Part shown: piece by piece, positions 48,442-58,713 of the stretch | Position numbering within the stretch: the first letter of the stretch is position 1 | Layout: the number at the start of each line of letters is the position of its first letter | Assembly (NCBI GenBank): GCA_029242945.1 | Contig: JAQWSZ010000049.1 | Span: 6,320-70,319 of the forward strand | Direction of reading: 5' to 3' | Origin: Gammaproteobacteria bacterium | GTDB taxonomy: Bacteria > Pseudomonadota > Gammaproteobacteria > Steroidobacterales > UBA11654 | Length of the DNA stretch: 64,000 nt | Program-made: the position numbers and the translations under genes | Notes under the pieces: generated by a model | Databases searched by the model: none | Told to the model about the DNA's origin: nothing | What the model saw: the letters and a program-made list of their open reading frames with translations, nothing else

Positions 48442-49352
48442 ATTTTTCCTAATGCAGCCGTCCAGTATGAGATTGGAATATCTTTAATATCTGATTCATC
48501 TATTTCCTCCCAAGCTGAAGCATCTTGATATAATTTCATTATCAATCGGTTATTCAAATCATGCCCCGATTTAAATCCGTTAAATTCTCCTACAAGGATA
48601 TGTCCCATTAAATAGAGATCGCCGACAGCATCTAAAATCTTATGTCTTACTAATTCATCGTCAAACCTCAATCCATCTTGATTTAATATTCTATAATCAT
48701 CAAGCACTATGGCATTGTCTAAACTTCCCCCTAATGCCAAATTATTAGATCGTAATGTTTCTATTTCTTTCAAAAATCCAAATGTTCTGGCACGACTAAT
48801 TTCTTTTAAAAAAGTCATAGTAGAAAAATCTAGACTCAATTGGGTTATCTTATTTTTTATCATTGGGTGGTCAAATTCAATCTCAAATGAAATTCGATAC
48901 CCATCAAATGGTTTAAATTCAGCAAACTTTTCTCCATCTTCAACACGTATATTTTTCTTAATACGAAGAAATTTTTTTGGAGAGTCTTGCTCCTTGATTC
49001 CAGCTAATTCAATTAATAATATAAATGAAATACAACTCCCATCCATTATTGGTATCTCAGGACCTTTTAGATCAACATAAACATTGTCTATTCCTAACCC
49101 AGAAAAAGCAGCTAAAAGATGTTCAACTGTCATCACTGAAACATTATTTTTAGTAATAGTAGTCCCAAGCATTGTATCTGAAACAAGCTCTGCCCTAGCC
49201 TCAATCTCTTGAACTGGCTCCAAATCAACTCGCCTAAAAACTATACCTATGTTTTCATTTGCAGGACGAAGTGTCATATTAACCTTCTTACCTGAATGCA
49301 AGCCTACACCAGATGCTGATATACTTTTTCCTATTGTTCGTTGTTGAAGCAT
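48438..49352 (-). CDS. lpxC: UDP-3-O-acyl-N-acetylglucosamine deacetylase
   Basis: MLQQRTIGKSISASGVGLHSGKKV start, plus TVEHLLAA and HKILDAVGDLYL blocks. Confidence 0.95.
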   Translation of the reverse strand: MLQQRTIGKSISASGVGLHSGKKVNMTLRPANENIGIVFRRVDLEPVQEIEARAELVSDTMLGTTITKNNVSVMTVEHLLAAFSGLGIDNVYVDLKGPEIPIMDGSCISFILLIELAGIKEQDSPKKFLRIKKNIRVEDGEKFAEFKPFDGYRISFEIEFDHPMIKNKITQLSLDFSTMTFLKEISRARTFGFLKEIETLRSNNLALGGSLDNAIVLDDYRILNQDGLRFDDELVRHKILDAVGDLYLMGHILVGEFNGFKSGHDLNNRLIMKLYQDASAWEEIDESDIKDIPISYWTAALGKI

Positions 49353-49439
49353 TTAAATAAATTCATTTAAATCATATAAATAAAGCAGTTCAAGATACCA
49401 CAAAGAAAGTATTACAAACATATTTATGCTATATAATTT

Positions 49440-50669
49440 TTATAAATTTGAGTCAAACCATGATTTTACTTTTTCAAAAATAGACTGTGATATCTTTTGT
49501 TGTTCGAAGCTAAGAGGATTTGTTTTATATTTATTGAGGGCATACAACAATAAGCCTGCTCCCGTTGAATGAAGTGGACTGTCTATCGTCTCAAAGGCTC
49601 CACTCATTGGTCTCGGTGAGCCAAGCCTCACATCTGATTGAAATATTTCTTCGGCTATCTTTATGCACCCATTTAACTGAGAGGTACCTCCCGTTAGAAC
49701 AATTCCTGCTCTTAGACTCTCAAAATTTATTTTACCTACTTCAGATAAAATGACTTCAAATAACTCCTTATATCTTTGCTCAACTACCTTCGCTAGAACC
49801 ATTAAATCAGTTCTTCTAGGTGCCCTATCTCCAAGACTTGGTATTTCGATAGTCTGAAGCTTATCTAACATTTCAGGTATACACGCATATTTTAGTTTTA
49901 ACTCTTCAGCTTCATCTTGAGGTGTTCGTAGTTCATGTGCAATATCCTTAGTGACATGGTCTCCTCCGATAGGTATGACTCTCGTAGTAATTATTTGACC
50001 ATCCTTAAAAACAGCAATATCTGATGTACCACCTCCAATATCAACCAAGCAGACACCAAGATCTTTCTCATCTTCTGATAAAACTGAAAGACTGGAAGCT
50101 AACGGTTCTAAAACAAGCTCTTGTACTTCTAAGTCACAATGTTGCAGAGATTTAATAATATTTTCTTCAGCACTCTTAGAGACAGTTACTATATGTACAT
50201 CCGCCTCCAATCTAACTCCTGACATGCCCATTGGATCACTAATCCCATCCTGGCCATCTATAGTATAATCTTTAGGCAAGACATGAAGTATGTGCTCCTC
50301 ATCTGGAATTTTCATAGCCTTGGATGCATCTATTGCCCCATCAATATCAGTCTGGGATACTTCTCCTTGGCTGATTCTAACAAAACCATGTCCATCATAA
50401 CTTCTAACATGATTTCCAGCTATACCAGCAAAGACAGTATTAATCTCACACCCAGCCAATTCTTCTGCTTGACTTATAGCACTATGAATTGAATCAATAG
50501 TGGCTTCGATATTTACCACAACTCCTTTTTTTAGTCCTTTTGACTTTTCCATACCCATGCCAATAATCTTTAGTTGATTTTCTTGATTAGTTTCTGCAAT
50601 TAGAACAACTATTTTAGATGTACCTATATCAACTGCTGCAATAATCTCGTTTGTTTTGTGCTTAGACAT
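49440..50669 (-). CDS. ftsA: Cell division protein FtsA
   Basis: Actin-fold motifs VDIGTSKI and DIGGGTSD. C-terminal amphipathic helix KVKSWFDSNL. Confidence 0.95.
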   Translation of the reverse strand: MSKHKTNEIIAAVDIGTSKIVVLIAETNQENQLKIIGMGMEKSKGLKKGVVVNIEATIDSIHSAISQAEELAGCEINTVFAGIAGNHVRSYDGHGFVRISQGEVSQTDIDGAIDASKAMKIPDEEHILHVLPKDYTIDGQDGISDPMGMSGVRLEADVHIVTVSKSAEENIIKSLQHCDLEVQELVLEPLASSLSVLSEDEKDLGVCLVDIGGGTSDIAVFKDGQIITTRVIPIGGDHVTKDIAHELRTPQDEAEELKLKYACIPEMLDKLQTIEIPSLGDRAPRRTDLMVLAKVVEQRYKELFEVILSEVGKINFESLRAGIVLTGGTSQLNGCIKIAEEIFQSDVRLGSPRPMSGAFETIDSPLHSTGAGLLLYALNKYKTNPLSFEQQKISQSIFEKVKSWFDSNL

Positions 50670-50671
50670 TC

Positions 50672-51424
50672 TTATTCTTTTCTCTTGATTGCAAAACCTT
50701 CAGTGTACCTAAAATCAATATATGATATTTGATCATAATTATCTAAAAGTGATTCATCCCAAACCAGTAAAAATCGATCAAATCTTTCACTTAGATTGCT
50801 TTTACCCAATTTTATCTCGACTCTTGGCCTTATTACAAAAGACCATGATCCAAGTAAACTATACGTCATTGACTCTAATATCAACCCTCTTGCGACAAGC
50901 TCTTTATAAAAAATATTATATCTCTCAAAAACAGTTACATTAGTTCCTTCGGGACCATAAAATTTTATTAAATTGGAAGGAATAGTCCGCTTATCTACAT
51001 CAAAAACTTTGCCTGATGAATTTAATACTAATTGATCATTCCACAATCCAACAACATCATCCTCAAAAATAGTAATATCAATTGTATCCGGCCACTTCCT
51101 CTCAACCGTAACTAATTGAACCCAACTAATTGATTCTATTTCTAACTTCACTTCTTTGAGATTAAAATTTAAATAACCTTGTCCATTGATATTGGAAATT
51201 TTTTGTTGAACAACTTTCTTTGATACACGCTTGAAATCTCCATTCAAATTAATAATCTCTATGGGTCTATTCATGACTAAATAAAAAGACAGTAATAAGG
51301 CTAAAAACAAAATACTTAAAAAATATTTAATTGGTTTTATTGTTTTAGAAGTATTTTTTCTTTTTGAAAAATAATTGTTTTTAATTTTTTTGTTTTTAGC
51401 CTTATTTTGTCTGAATATTTTCAC
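50672..51424 (-). CDS. ftsQ: Cell division protein FtsQ
   Basis: Basic N-terminus, a single TM, then a POTRA-like region (VERKWPDTIDITI). Located between ddl and ftsA. Confidence 0.85.
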   Translation of the reverse strand: MKIFRQNKAKNKKIKNNYFSKRKNTSKTIKPIKYFLSILFLALLLSFYLVMNRPIEIINLNGDFKRVSKKVVQQKISNINGQGYLNFNLKEVKLEIESISWVQLVTVERKWPDTIDITIFEDDVVGLWNDQLVLNSSGKVFDVDKRTIPSNLIKFYGPEGTNVTVFERYNIFYKELVARGLILESMTYSLLGSWSFVIRPRVEIKLGKSNLSERFDRFLLVWDESLLDNYDQISYIDFRYTEGFAIKRKE

Positions 51425-51425
51425 T

Positions 51426-52358
51426 TCAATTAATACTAGTTCTTAAGATTTCCAAACATAGATTATCAAAATTAATACCCATTTCTTTTGCTGCCATAGG
51501 TACTAAACTATGGGAAGTCATGCCTGGTACAGTATTAAGTTCAAGAAAAACAGGTTGATTATCATCATTAATAAAAAAATCTAATCGACCCCAACTATTG
51601 ATATTAAATAAATTGAATACATCCGAACAAGTTTCTTTAACTTTACTTTCTATACTTTCAGCTAATTGGCTCGGACATATATATGTAGTATCTTCGCTAA
51701 AATACTTAGCTTCATAATTATAAAATTCTTCATTGCTAGCATTAATTTTTACCAATGGTAATACCTCACCATTTAATAATCCTGCTGTGTATTCAGAGCC
51801 TTTATAATATTTTTCTGCAATAATCCAATCGTTAAATTGTAAAAGCGTTTTTAATTTTTCTTTAAAATCTTTCTTTTCTTTAATAATAAAAACTCCGATG
51901 CTAGAACCTTGAGAACATGGCTTTATAACAAAAGGTATTTCTAATCTATGTTCAATAAACTCATAGTCTTTTTCATCGTCTATAAGAACAAAATCAGGAG
52001 TTTGGAAGCCATTCGAAATAAGAATATTTTTTGAAAATAGCTTATTCATAGTCATTGAACAGCTTAAAGTATTAGCCCCTGTATATTTGATACCCAATAA
52101 ATTAAGTATGCTTTGTATTTTTCCATCTTCTCCATCAGAACCATGGAGAGCAATCCAAGCGGATTTAAAATCTTCTTGAACCAATTGATCAATAAACCCA
52201 CCCCTAGTATCAATTAGATGTGAATCTACAGTGCAATTAAGTAATGCTTCATGAACTGCTTTACCAGTAATTAGAGAAATATCTCTCTCTGAAGAATAAC
52301 CTCCATAAAGAACGGCTACTTTACCAAACTTATCTTCATTTTCTTCTTTTAAGCCCAT
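51426..52358 (-). CDS. ddl: D-alanine--D-alanine ligase
   Basis: VAVLYGGYSSERDISL, HGSDGEDG and LELNTVPGMT blocks. Confidence 0.95.
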   Translation of the reverse strand: MGLKEENEDKFGKVAVLYGGYSSERDISLITGKAVHEALLNCTVDSHLIDTRGGFIDQLVQEDFKSAWIALHGSDGEDGKIQSILNLLGIKYTGANTLSCSMTMNKLFSKNILISNGFQTPDFVLIDDEKDYEFIEHRLEIPFVIKPCSQGSSIGVFIIKEKKDFKEKLKTLLQFNDWIIAEKYYKGSEYTAGLLNGEVLPLVKINASNEEFYNYEAKYFSEDTTYICPSQLAESIESKVKETCSDVFNLFNINSWGRLDFFINDDNQPVFLELNTVPGMTSHSLVPMAAKEMGINFDNLCLEILRTSIN

Positions 52359-52361
52359 TAT

Positions 52362-53243
52362 CTAACCCTCTCCTAGGATTCGAACTTCAGTTTCTAAGTC
52401 TATATTATGTTTCTTTCTAACGGCCTTTTGAACATACTTAATTAAATCTTCTATATTTTTTGATGTGGCACTCCCTTCATTCACGATGAAATTTGCATGC
52501 TTGGTTGATATTGAACAGCCGCCAATTTTATGTCCCTTAAGGCCAGCTCTTTCTATGAGATCTCCGGCATGTCCTTTTTTATGGTTCTTAAAAACTGATC
52601 CACAAGTATCTTCACTTAGAGGCTGTGTTTTAAGCCTCTGATTTCGATAATCCTTCAATTCAGATTTGGTCGTTATTACAGATTCAGAAAATTGCATTAG
52701 GCAAGATAAAAACCAGAGAGGAAAGGGGAACTTCACTGTTCTGTAAGAAAATTTGAAATCCTTTGGGTTTAAGTGATGTATAGTTCCAGTTTGGTCAATA
52801 ACCTCTAAAGATTCGACAAAATCCCAAGTTTCATGGCCAAAAGAGCCTGCATTCATTACTAGAGCCCCTCCGATTGATCCTGGAATTCCAGAAAAGAATG
52901 CTGCTGGACCTAATTTATTCTTCTCAGCAAACAATGCTAAATCCATACATGAAGCTCCTGCTTCCACTCTACAAGAATTTTGAGCTTCCATCTTTATCTT
53001 ATTTAGAGATTTCTTAGTAGAAATAACAGAACCTCTAATACCCTCATCTCTAACTAAAACATTGGTTCCATTACCTAGCCATGTAATAGGCTTATTATGG
53101 TTTGATTTCAGAAAGTCAGACAAATCACTGCGACTTTGAGGGATAAAGAAAACATCTGCTGGTCCACCAACTTTCCATGAGGTATGTTTCGATAGCAGTT
53201 CATTGTAATAGCAATTATCTGCTTGTTTTAAAACTTTAGTCAT
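52362..53243 (-). CDS. murB: UDP-N-acetylenolpyruvoylglucosamine reductase
   Basis: HTSWKVGGPADVFF, LGNGTNVLVRDEGIRG and GSVFKN blocks of short-type MurB. Confidence 0.9.
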   Translation of the reverse strand: MTKVLKQADNCYYNELLSKHTSWKVGGPADVFFIPQSRSDLSDFLKSNHNKPITWLGNGTNVLVRDEGIRGSVISTKKSLNKIKMEAQNSCRVEAGASCMDLALFAEKNKLGPAAFFSGIPGSIGGALVMNAGSFGHETWDFVESLEVIDQTGTIHHLNPKDFKFSYRTVKFPFPLWFLSCLMQFSESVITTKSELKDYRNQRLKTQPLSEDTCGSVFKNHKKGHAGDLIERAGLKGHKIGGCSISTKHANFIVNEGSATSKNIEDLIKYVQKAVRKKHNIDLETEVRILGEG

Positions 53244-54433
53244 TAGTATTCAGGGTAAATTGAACTTACAAGAGGTGATTTTTCAATCATCTTATAACAA
53301 AATTGTGTGATATTTTCGGAAGCATTGACGAAAGTTTCATCAAACGCTGCCTCTGCCATATCTTTGAGAACTTCATCCTTTGAAAGGATCCTCTTTATTG
53401 TTTCTGTTAAATATAAAGAATTAAGCTTTTTATCCTCAATGATGACTGCGGCTTTCTTTTCCTCTAAGAATCGTGCATTGAAAAGTTGATGATTGTCCAT
53501 AGCATGGGGATAAGGAATTAGAATAGATGGTATACCGACTGCTGAGAGTTCTGAAATCGTCATAGCTCCGGACCTTCCTATGACTAAATCAGCCCATGCA
53601 TAAGCTTGAGCCATATCTTTAATGAAAGGGTATATATCTGCAGAAAATTCATTCTCTTTATACATTTCACATATTTTGACATAGTCAAGTTCACCTGTTT
53701 GGTGCAGGACCTCAACATCCATTTCTCTAGAAAGTTCTTGAACCGCATCTGGTATTGTATAATTGATTGAACGGGCTCCTTGACTTCCTCCCAATACTAA
53801 GATTCTAGGATTTTTTGAGTACTCAGAATAAGATCTAACACATCGTTTCACATCTAGGATCTCACTCCTGACTGGATTACCCAGAAAGATAAGATCATCA
53901 GTCGATGTTTGAAGAAACCTTGTTTTCCAATCAAAGGCACCTGGAAATCCCTCTATAACACCTCTCGCACGTGAATTTGCAATATATCTGTTTGCTCTGC
54001 CTGCCTTTGAATTTTGTTCATGAATAGCTATATAAGGCCTAATCATATTGTGCATCATGAAATGATCATCAGAATCTTCAGCCTCAAGGATATAACCAGC
54101 AGACTTACAAACATCTAAGGATGCATAACCGCCCATTCCTAGAACTAAATTAGGTTTAAAGTCTCTCACATAGATAGATAGATCTGCCTTTGGTGGGGTA
54201 AACAATGAAATATATTTTCTGAATCGGGAAACATCTTTAAATCTACTCTCAAAATAAACTACATCTATCTGATCTTGTGAGAATATCTTCTTTTCCAAAT
54301 CATTCCCAGTAGCAATAATAACAACCCGATGACCATCGGACTCAAATTTTTTAGCAAGGGCAATCGCTGGGTAAATATGGCCACCTGTACCTCCAGCAGC
54401 AATAATAATTTTATATTTTTTCTTTTTAAACAT
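53243..54433 (-). CDS. murG: Undecaprenyldiphospho-muramoylpentapeptide beta-N-acetylglucosaminyltransferase
   Basis: IAAGGTGGHIYPAIALA, HEQN, LGGSQGA and GRSGAMTISE blocks. At 396 aa it is longer than usual because of two insertions. Confidence 0.93.
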   Translation of the reverse strand: MFKKKKYKIIIAAGGTGGHIYPAIALAKKFESDGHRVVIIATGNDLEKKIFSQDQIDVVYFESRFKDVSRFRKYISLFTPPKADLSIYVRDFKPNLVLGMGGYASLDVCKSAGYILEAEDSDDHFMMHNMIRPYIAIHEQNSKAGRANRYIANSRARGVIEGFPGAFDWKTRFLQTSTDDLIFLGNPVRSEILDVKRCVRSYSEYSKNPRILVLGGSQGARSINYTIPDAVQELSREMDVEVLHQTGELDYVKICEMYKENEFSADIYPFIKDMAQAYAWADLVIGRSGAMTISELSAVGIPSILIPYPHAMDNHQLFNARFLEEKKAAVIIEDKKLNSLYLTETIKRILSKDEVLKDMAEAAFDETFVNASENITQFCYKMIEKSPLVSSIYPEY

Positions 54434-55583
54434 TGATTTTTTTATTTATTTTTTCTCTAGGAATCTCACAGCCTATCCTCAATACAATTGCTAAGGTTGT
54501 TAATGTCATTATCATGCTACTACTTCCATAACTAATTAGAGGCAAGATGAGTCCTTTTGTTGGCAATAGTCCCATATTTACACCTAAATTAATGATCACC
54601 TGAATTGAAATCCATATTCCAATAGAAAAACAAAGATAACCTTGAAATAATCTATCTACAGTTATCGCCTTAAAAGCTATTATAAAAATTCTAGAAATTA
54701 ATAGAGTATAGAAAGATAAAAATAGTATTGTCCCCATTAAGCCTAACTCTTCAGCAATAATTGCAAAAATAAAATCAGTATGTGCCTCTGGTAGATAAAA
54801 AAGTTTTTGAATTCCCTCTCCCAATCCAACTCCAAAAAAACCACCTGACCCAATTGCAATAAGTGAATTAACTAACTGGTAGCCTCCTTTATCAGCCATC
54901 GACCATGGATCCATAAAAGAAACTACTCTGGCTAACTTGTAAGGTGAAAAATAAACTAGTGCTGAAAATAATAAAGCCAAAATTATTATCAATAAAAAGA
55001 AATACCTTAATTTAAACCCAGCGAGAAAAAAGAGAGCAGCAGTTACAGTCAAGAGTACTACCGTCGATCCAAAATCTGGTTGTAAAAGAAGAAGAATGCA
55101 AGCTGGAAAAATGAAGATCATAGGCTTAAGAAGGCTTAAAAATCCCTCTCTAAGTTCTTTTTGTTGTCGGTAACAATAGCCCGCAATATAAATCAAAAAC
55201 AATAGCCTAGCTGGATCAACTACCTGAATATTAGGTCCAACACCCAAATTGATCCATCTTGTAGCTCCATTTACCTTTATTCCTATTTCTGGAATATAAA
55301 CCATAGACAATAAAAATATTGCAATAATAGGCAGTATGATTCCAAGCTTCTCTAATAAAAAACTCGGAATATAGAAAAAAATTAGACCAGACAGTAAGCC
55401 CAATAATATTGCGAATGATTGTTTGTACACATAGCCATAAGGCTCTCCTAAATCTCTATCAGCAATAGGCATTGAGGCTGATGCAAGCATCAAAATTCCT
55501 CCAAAAAGTAAAAAAATAATTGCAATCAAGAAGAATTTATCTAGCCCTTCCCAAAGTTGATATTGTTTTCTATTAGGACTCAA
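54426..55583 (-). CDS. ftsW: Peptidoglycan glycosyltransferase FtsW (SEDS family)
   Basis: TTG start, 10-TM SEDS profile, and LPEAHTDFIF and LLPTKG motifs. Confidence 0.92.
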   Translation of the reverse strand: MSPNRKQYQLWEGLDKFFLIAIIFLLFGGILMLASASMPIADRDLGEPYGYVYKQSFAILLGLLSGLIFFYIPSFLLEKLGIILPIIAIFLLSMVYIPEIGIKVNGATRWINLGVGPNIQVVDPARLLFLIYIAGYCYRQQKELREGFLSLLKPMIFIFPACILLLLQPDFGSTVVLLTVTAALFFLAGFKLRYFFLLIIILALLFSALVYFSPYKLARVVSFMDPWSMADKGGYQLVNSLIAIGSGGFFGVGLGEGIQKLFYLPEAHTDFIFAIIAEELGLMGTILFLSFYTLLISRIFIIAFKAITVDRLFQGYLCFSIGIWISIQVIINLGVNMGLLPTKGLILPLISYGSSSMIMTLTTLAIVLRIGCEIPREKINKKINV

Positions 55584-55611
55584 ATTATTTTCAATAAATA
55601 TTTTATTACTT

Positions 55612-56691
55612 TTATCTAATTTTCAAGCTTGATAATGCTATTAGAACTAAAAAAACTGTAATGATCCAAAAACGAACAATCACTTTGGGCTCAGTCCATC
55701 CTTTAAGCTCAAAATGATGATGTATTGGAGCCATATTGAAAATTCTTTTGCCTCTCAGTTTGAATGAACCAACTTGAAGAATAACTGAAAAAGTTTCAAT
55801 AATAAAAATACCACCCATAATTGCTAGCACTAACTCTTGCTTCACAATCACTGCAATCAAACCTAAAGCTGCTCCTAATGCCAAAGCTCCAACATCACCC
55901 ATAAAAACTTCAGCTGGATAAGTATTAAACCAAAGAAAACCCAACCCAGACCCTGCAATAGCACAACAAATAACAAAAACTTCACCAGAATCATTCAAGA
56001 AAGGTAAATCTAGGTAATTTGCAAAATTAATATTGCCAGTAACATACGCAAATACTCCTAATGCTATTGCTATCATTGAAACTGGCATGATTGCTAGGCC
56101 ATCAAGTCCATCTGTTAAATTAACAGCATTGCTTGCACCTACAATAACGAAAACAATGAATGGGAAAAATAACACACCTAGATCTATATTAAAGTTATTG
56201 GTAAAAGGGATAAGTAGTTCTGTATTTATTTCAGTCCCACTATAAAAATTTAAAAAATAGACCGAAGAAGACGCAATCAAAATTTGTAGAGAAATCTTAA
56301 CAGAGGGTTTCATACCGTTAGGGTTGCCTTTCAGTTTAGATAGATCATCTATGAAACCTATGAGTCCGAAGAGTAAAGTCGATATTAATATATTGAGAAT
56401 ATATGGATTGCTCAAATCACTCCATATCAGAGTACTCACAGTTATCGATAATAATATAATCAAGCCGCCCATAGTTGGCGTTCCTGATTTTGATGAATGC
56501 GTTGATGGACCATCCGATCTTATTTTTTCACCAATTTTATTATTACTAAGAGCTCTAATTAATTTTGGTCCAAAAACAAATGAAATTACTAGGGCGGATA
56601 AAGCACTTAAAATACCTCTAGTAGTGATATAGGTGAACGCATTAAAGGCCGAAAAAAAATCAGTTAGCTGTTCTGAGAAAAATAAAAACAA
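55612..56691 (-). CDS. mraY: Phospho-N-acetylmuramoyl-pentapeptide-transferase
   Basis: TTG start. Motifs KSGTPTMGG, NAVNLTDGLDGLA and APIHHHFE. Confidence 0.95.
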   Translation of the reverse strand: MFLFFSEQLTDFFSAFNAFTYITTRGILSALSALVISFVFGPKLIRALSNNKIGEKIRSDGPSTHSSKSGTPTMGGLIILLSITVSTLIWSDLSNPYILNILISTLLFGLIGFIDDLSKLKGNPNGMKPSVKISLQILIASSSVYFLNFYSGTEINTELLIPFTNNFNIDLGVLFFPFIVFVIVGASNAVNLTDGLDGLAIMPVSMIAIALGVFAYVTGNINFANYLDLPFLNDSGEVFVICCAIAGSGLGFLWFNTYPAEVFMGDVGALALGAALGLIAVIVKQELVLAIMGGIFIIETFSVILQVGSFKLRGKRIFNMAPIHHHFELKGWTEPKVIVRFWIITVFLVLIALSSLKIR

Positions 56692-56753
56692 TTGTTATCC
56701 TTTTTAGTAATTTAATACACTATTATTCTATATAAATGACTCATGTATAGTTT

Positions 56754-58442
56754 TTAATTATTAACCTTATCGGGTGCAATTCCTAGTATTCTTAAAGTAC
56801 CAGATGTAATAGATGAAAATATAGGGGCAGCAACTTGTCCTCCATAATACTGTTCGCCACCTGGCTCATTGACAATAACTGCTGTTACAATTCTAGGCTT
56901 ACTTATTGGTGCAATTCCTACAAATATTCCGTTATGAGATTCATTAGAATAACCCGATGAATAAATTTGAACTGTCCCAGTTTTGCCGCCAACTCTATAG
57001 CCATTTACCTTGGCTCTTCTGACTCCATTTTCAACAACCTGCTCTAACATAAGTAATAGTTCTTTAGATGTCTCTTCAGAAAGAACTCTTTCTGAAATTG
57101 GTTTTCCGTCTATTCTTTCAATACTTACATGATTTTTAATTCCCTGATTGGCTATTACAGAATAAATACTTGCTAACTGCAATAGAGTTACATCCACTCC
57201 ATATCCATATGAAAGAGATACCCGCCTAATATCTCTCCATCGATCATAATTATTATCAAGGGTTCCTGATGCCTCTCCAGGAAATCCAGAAGCTGTAATA
57301 CTTCCTATACCTAAACTCTCAAGCATTTGAGAAAATAATTTACTTTCAGTTTGCAAAGACATCCTAGCTGTACCAGCATTACAAGAATTAATTAATATTT
57401 TTTCAGGTTTAACTTTTTGGCTTGAACAACGGTTATCCTCACCAATTAATTTTTTTCCAATATAAAATGGGGTTGTATCTATCATATCTTTAGAGCTGAA
57501 TATTTTATTTTCGATGCCAGTTGCTACTATTAGAGGCTTAAAAGTGGAGCCCGGCTCAAACTGATCAGTGACAACTCTATTTTTAAAGTATTTTGCCTGT
57601 CTCAAGCTTCTGTCATTAGGATCAGCAGAAGGTTGATTAACTATAGCTAGAATTTCTCCAGTTTTAATATCCATAACAATTGCAGAAGCACTCTTAGCCT
57701 TAAACTTTTTCAATCCATTATTAAGCGCTCTATGTGCAAGAAATTGAATACGTAGATCAATACTAGTATAAAAGTCGCTTCCATCCTTAGCTGCTTGTAG
57801 TAATTCTAAATCTCGCACTATATTTTGTTTTCTATCTTTCAATACTTTCTTAATACCATCTGTGCCCTCTAAGTAATCATTTAACATAAACTCAAGGCCC
57901 TCTTGTCCTTTGTCATTAATGTCTGTAAATCCTAATAACTGACCTGTCACTTCTCCAGATGGATTAAAACGCTTATAACTTTTTTCAAGATAGAGATAGT
58001 TTCTCCATTTATTTGCACGAATTTGATCAATTTGGCTATCAGTTATTTCTTTTTTAATTATCAAATGTCTTCTATTGGGTCTCTTTTTAATGGCACTATC
58101 AATATCATTAATTTTGATTGAAAGAATATTGCTTAATCTTTGGATCTGGCGTTTATATGTTTTAGACTCTATGAACTTTTTTGGATCCACAACAACATTG
58201 TAAGTAGGGGTACTTACTGCTAATAGAACTGATCTCCGATCAAAAATATTACCTCTATTTGAAGCAATTCTTTCATGCTTAATATGTCTTTTTTCACCTT
58301 CCATATTCAGGTAATCTCTTTCAATATACTGAAGATAAAAGGATCTTGATACCAACAAACCCAATGAAACAATTAGTATTAAAGAAAGAAAAAGAAATCG
58401 ATTCCTAACGAATTTATTTTTATTTTTCAGTTTTTTTCTCAT
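56754..58442 (-). CDS. ftsI: Peptidoglycan D,D-transpeptidase FtsI (PBP3)
   Basis: N-terminal TM, then the STFK, SCN and KTGT penicillin-binding motifs in order. Confidence 0.93.
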   Translation of the reverse strand: MRKKLKNKNKFVRNRFLFLSLILIVSLGLLVSRSFYLQYIERDYLNMEGEKRHIKHERIASNRGNIFDRRSVLLAVSTPTYNVVVDPKKFIESKTYKRQIQRLSNILSIKINDIDSAIKKRPNRRHLIIKKEITDSQIDQIRANKWRNYLYLEKSYKRFNPSGEVTGQLLGFTDINDKGQEGLEFMLNDYLEGTDGIKKVLKDRKQNIVRDLELLQAAKDGSDFYTSIDLRIQFLAHRALNNGLKKFKAKSASAIVMDIKTGEILAIVNQPSADPNDRSLRQAKYFKNRVVTDQFEPGSTFKPLIVATGIENKIFSSKDMIDTTPFYIGKKLIGEDNRCSSQKVKPEKILINSCNAGTARMSLQTESKLFSQMLESLGIGSITASGFPGEASGTLDNNYDRWRDIRRVSLSYGYGVDVTLLQLASIYSVIANQGIKNHVSIERIDGKPISERVLSEETSKELLLMLEQVVENGVRRAKVNGYRVGGKTGTVQIYSSGYSNESHNGIFVGIAPISKPRIVTAVIVNEPGGEQYYGGQVAAPIFSSITSGTLRILGIAPDKVNN

Positions 58443-58713
58443 TCAATATCACAATTTTTGCTAAAGATGGATCTAAGATAATCATGTTTGCCTTTAACTT
58501 GGCATCTTTTTCTAAAGATAAACCTGAAGAAATTTCCGAGAGATCAAATTGTATTTTTCTCCAATCTATTTCTAGCTGAATCTTATCTTGCATCAAAGAT
58601 TCATATTTCTTGAAATACTCTCTTTTCTTAAAATGAACATCTACCTCAAATAATCCTGAAGCAAATACTGAAAGAAACATAAATAAAGACCTTTTATACC
58701 ATTTACTATTCAT
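58420..58713 (-). CDS. ftsL: Cell division protein FtsL
   Basis: 97-aa bitopic protein with a coiled-coil region, located between rsmH and ftsI. Overlaps both neighbours. Confidence 0.8.
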   Translation of the reverse strand: MNSKWYKRSLFMFLSVFASGLFEVDVHFKKREYFKKYESLMQDKIQLEIDWRKIQFDLSEISSGLSLEKDAKLKANMIILDPSLAKIVILNEKKTEK

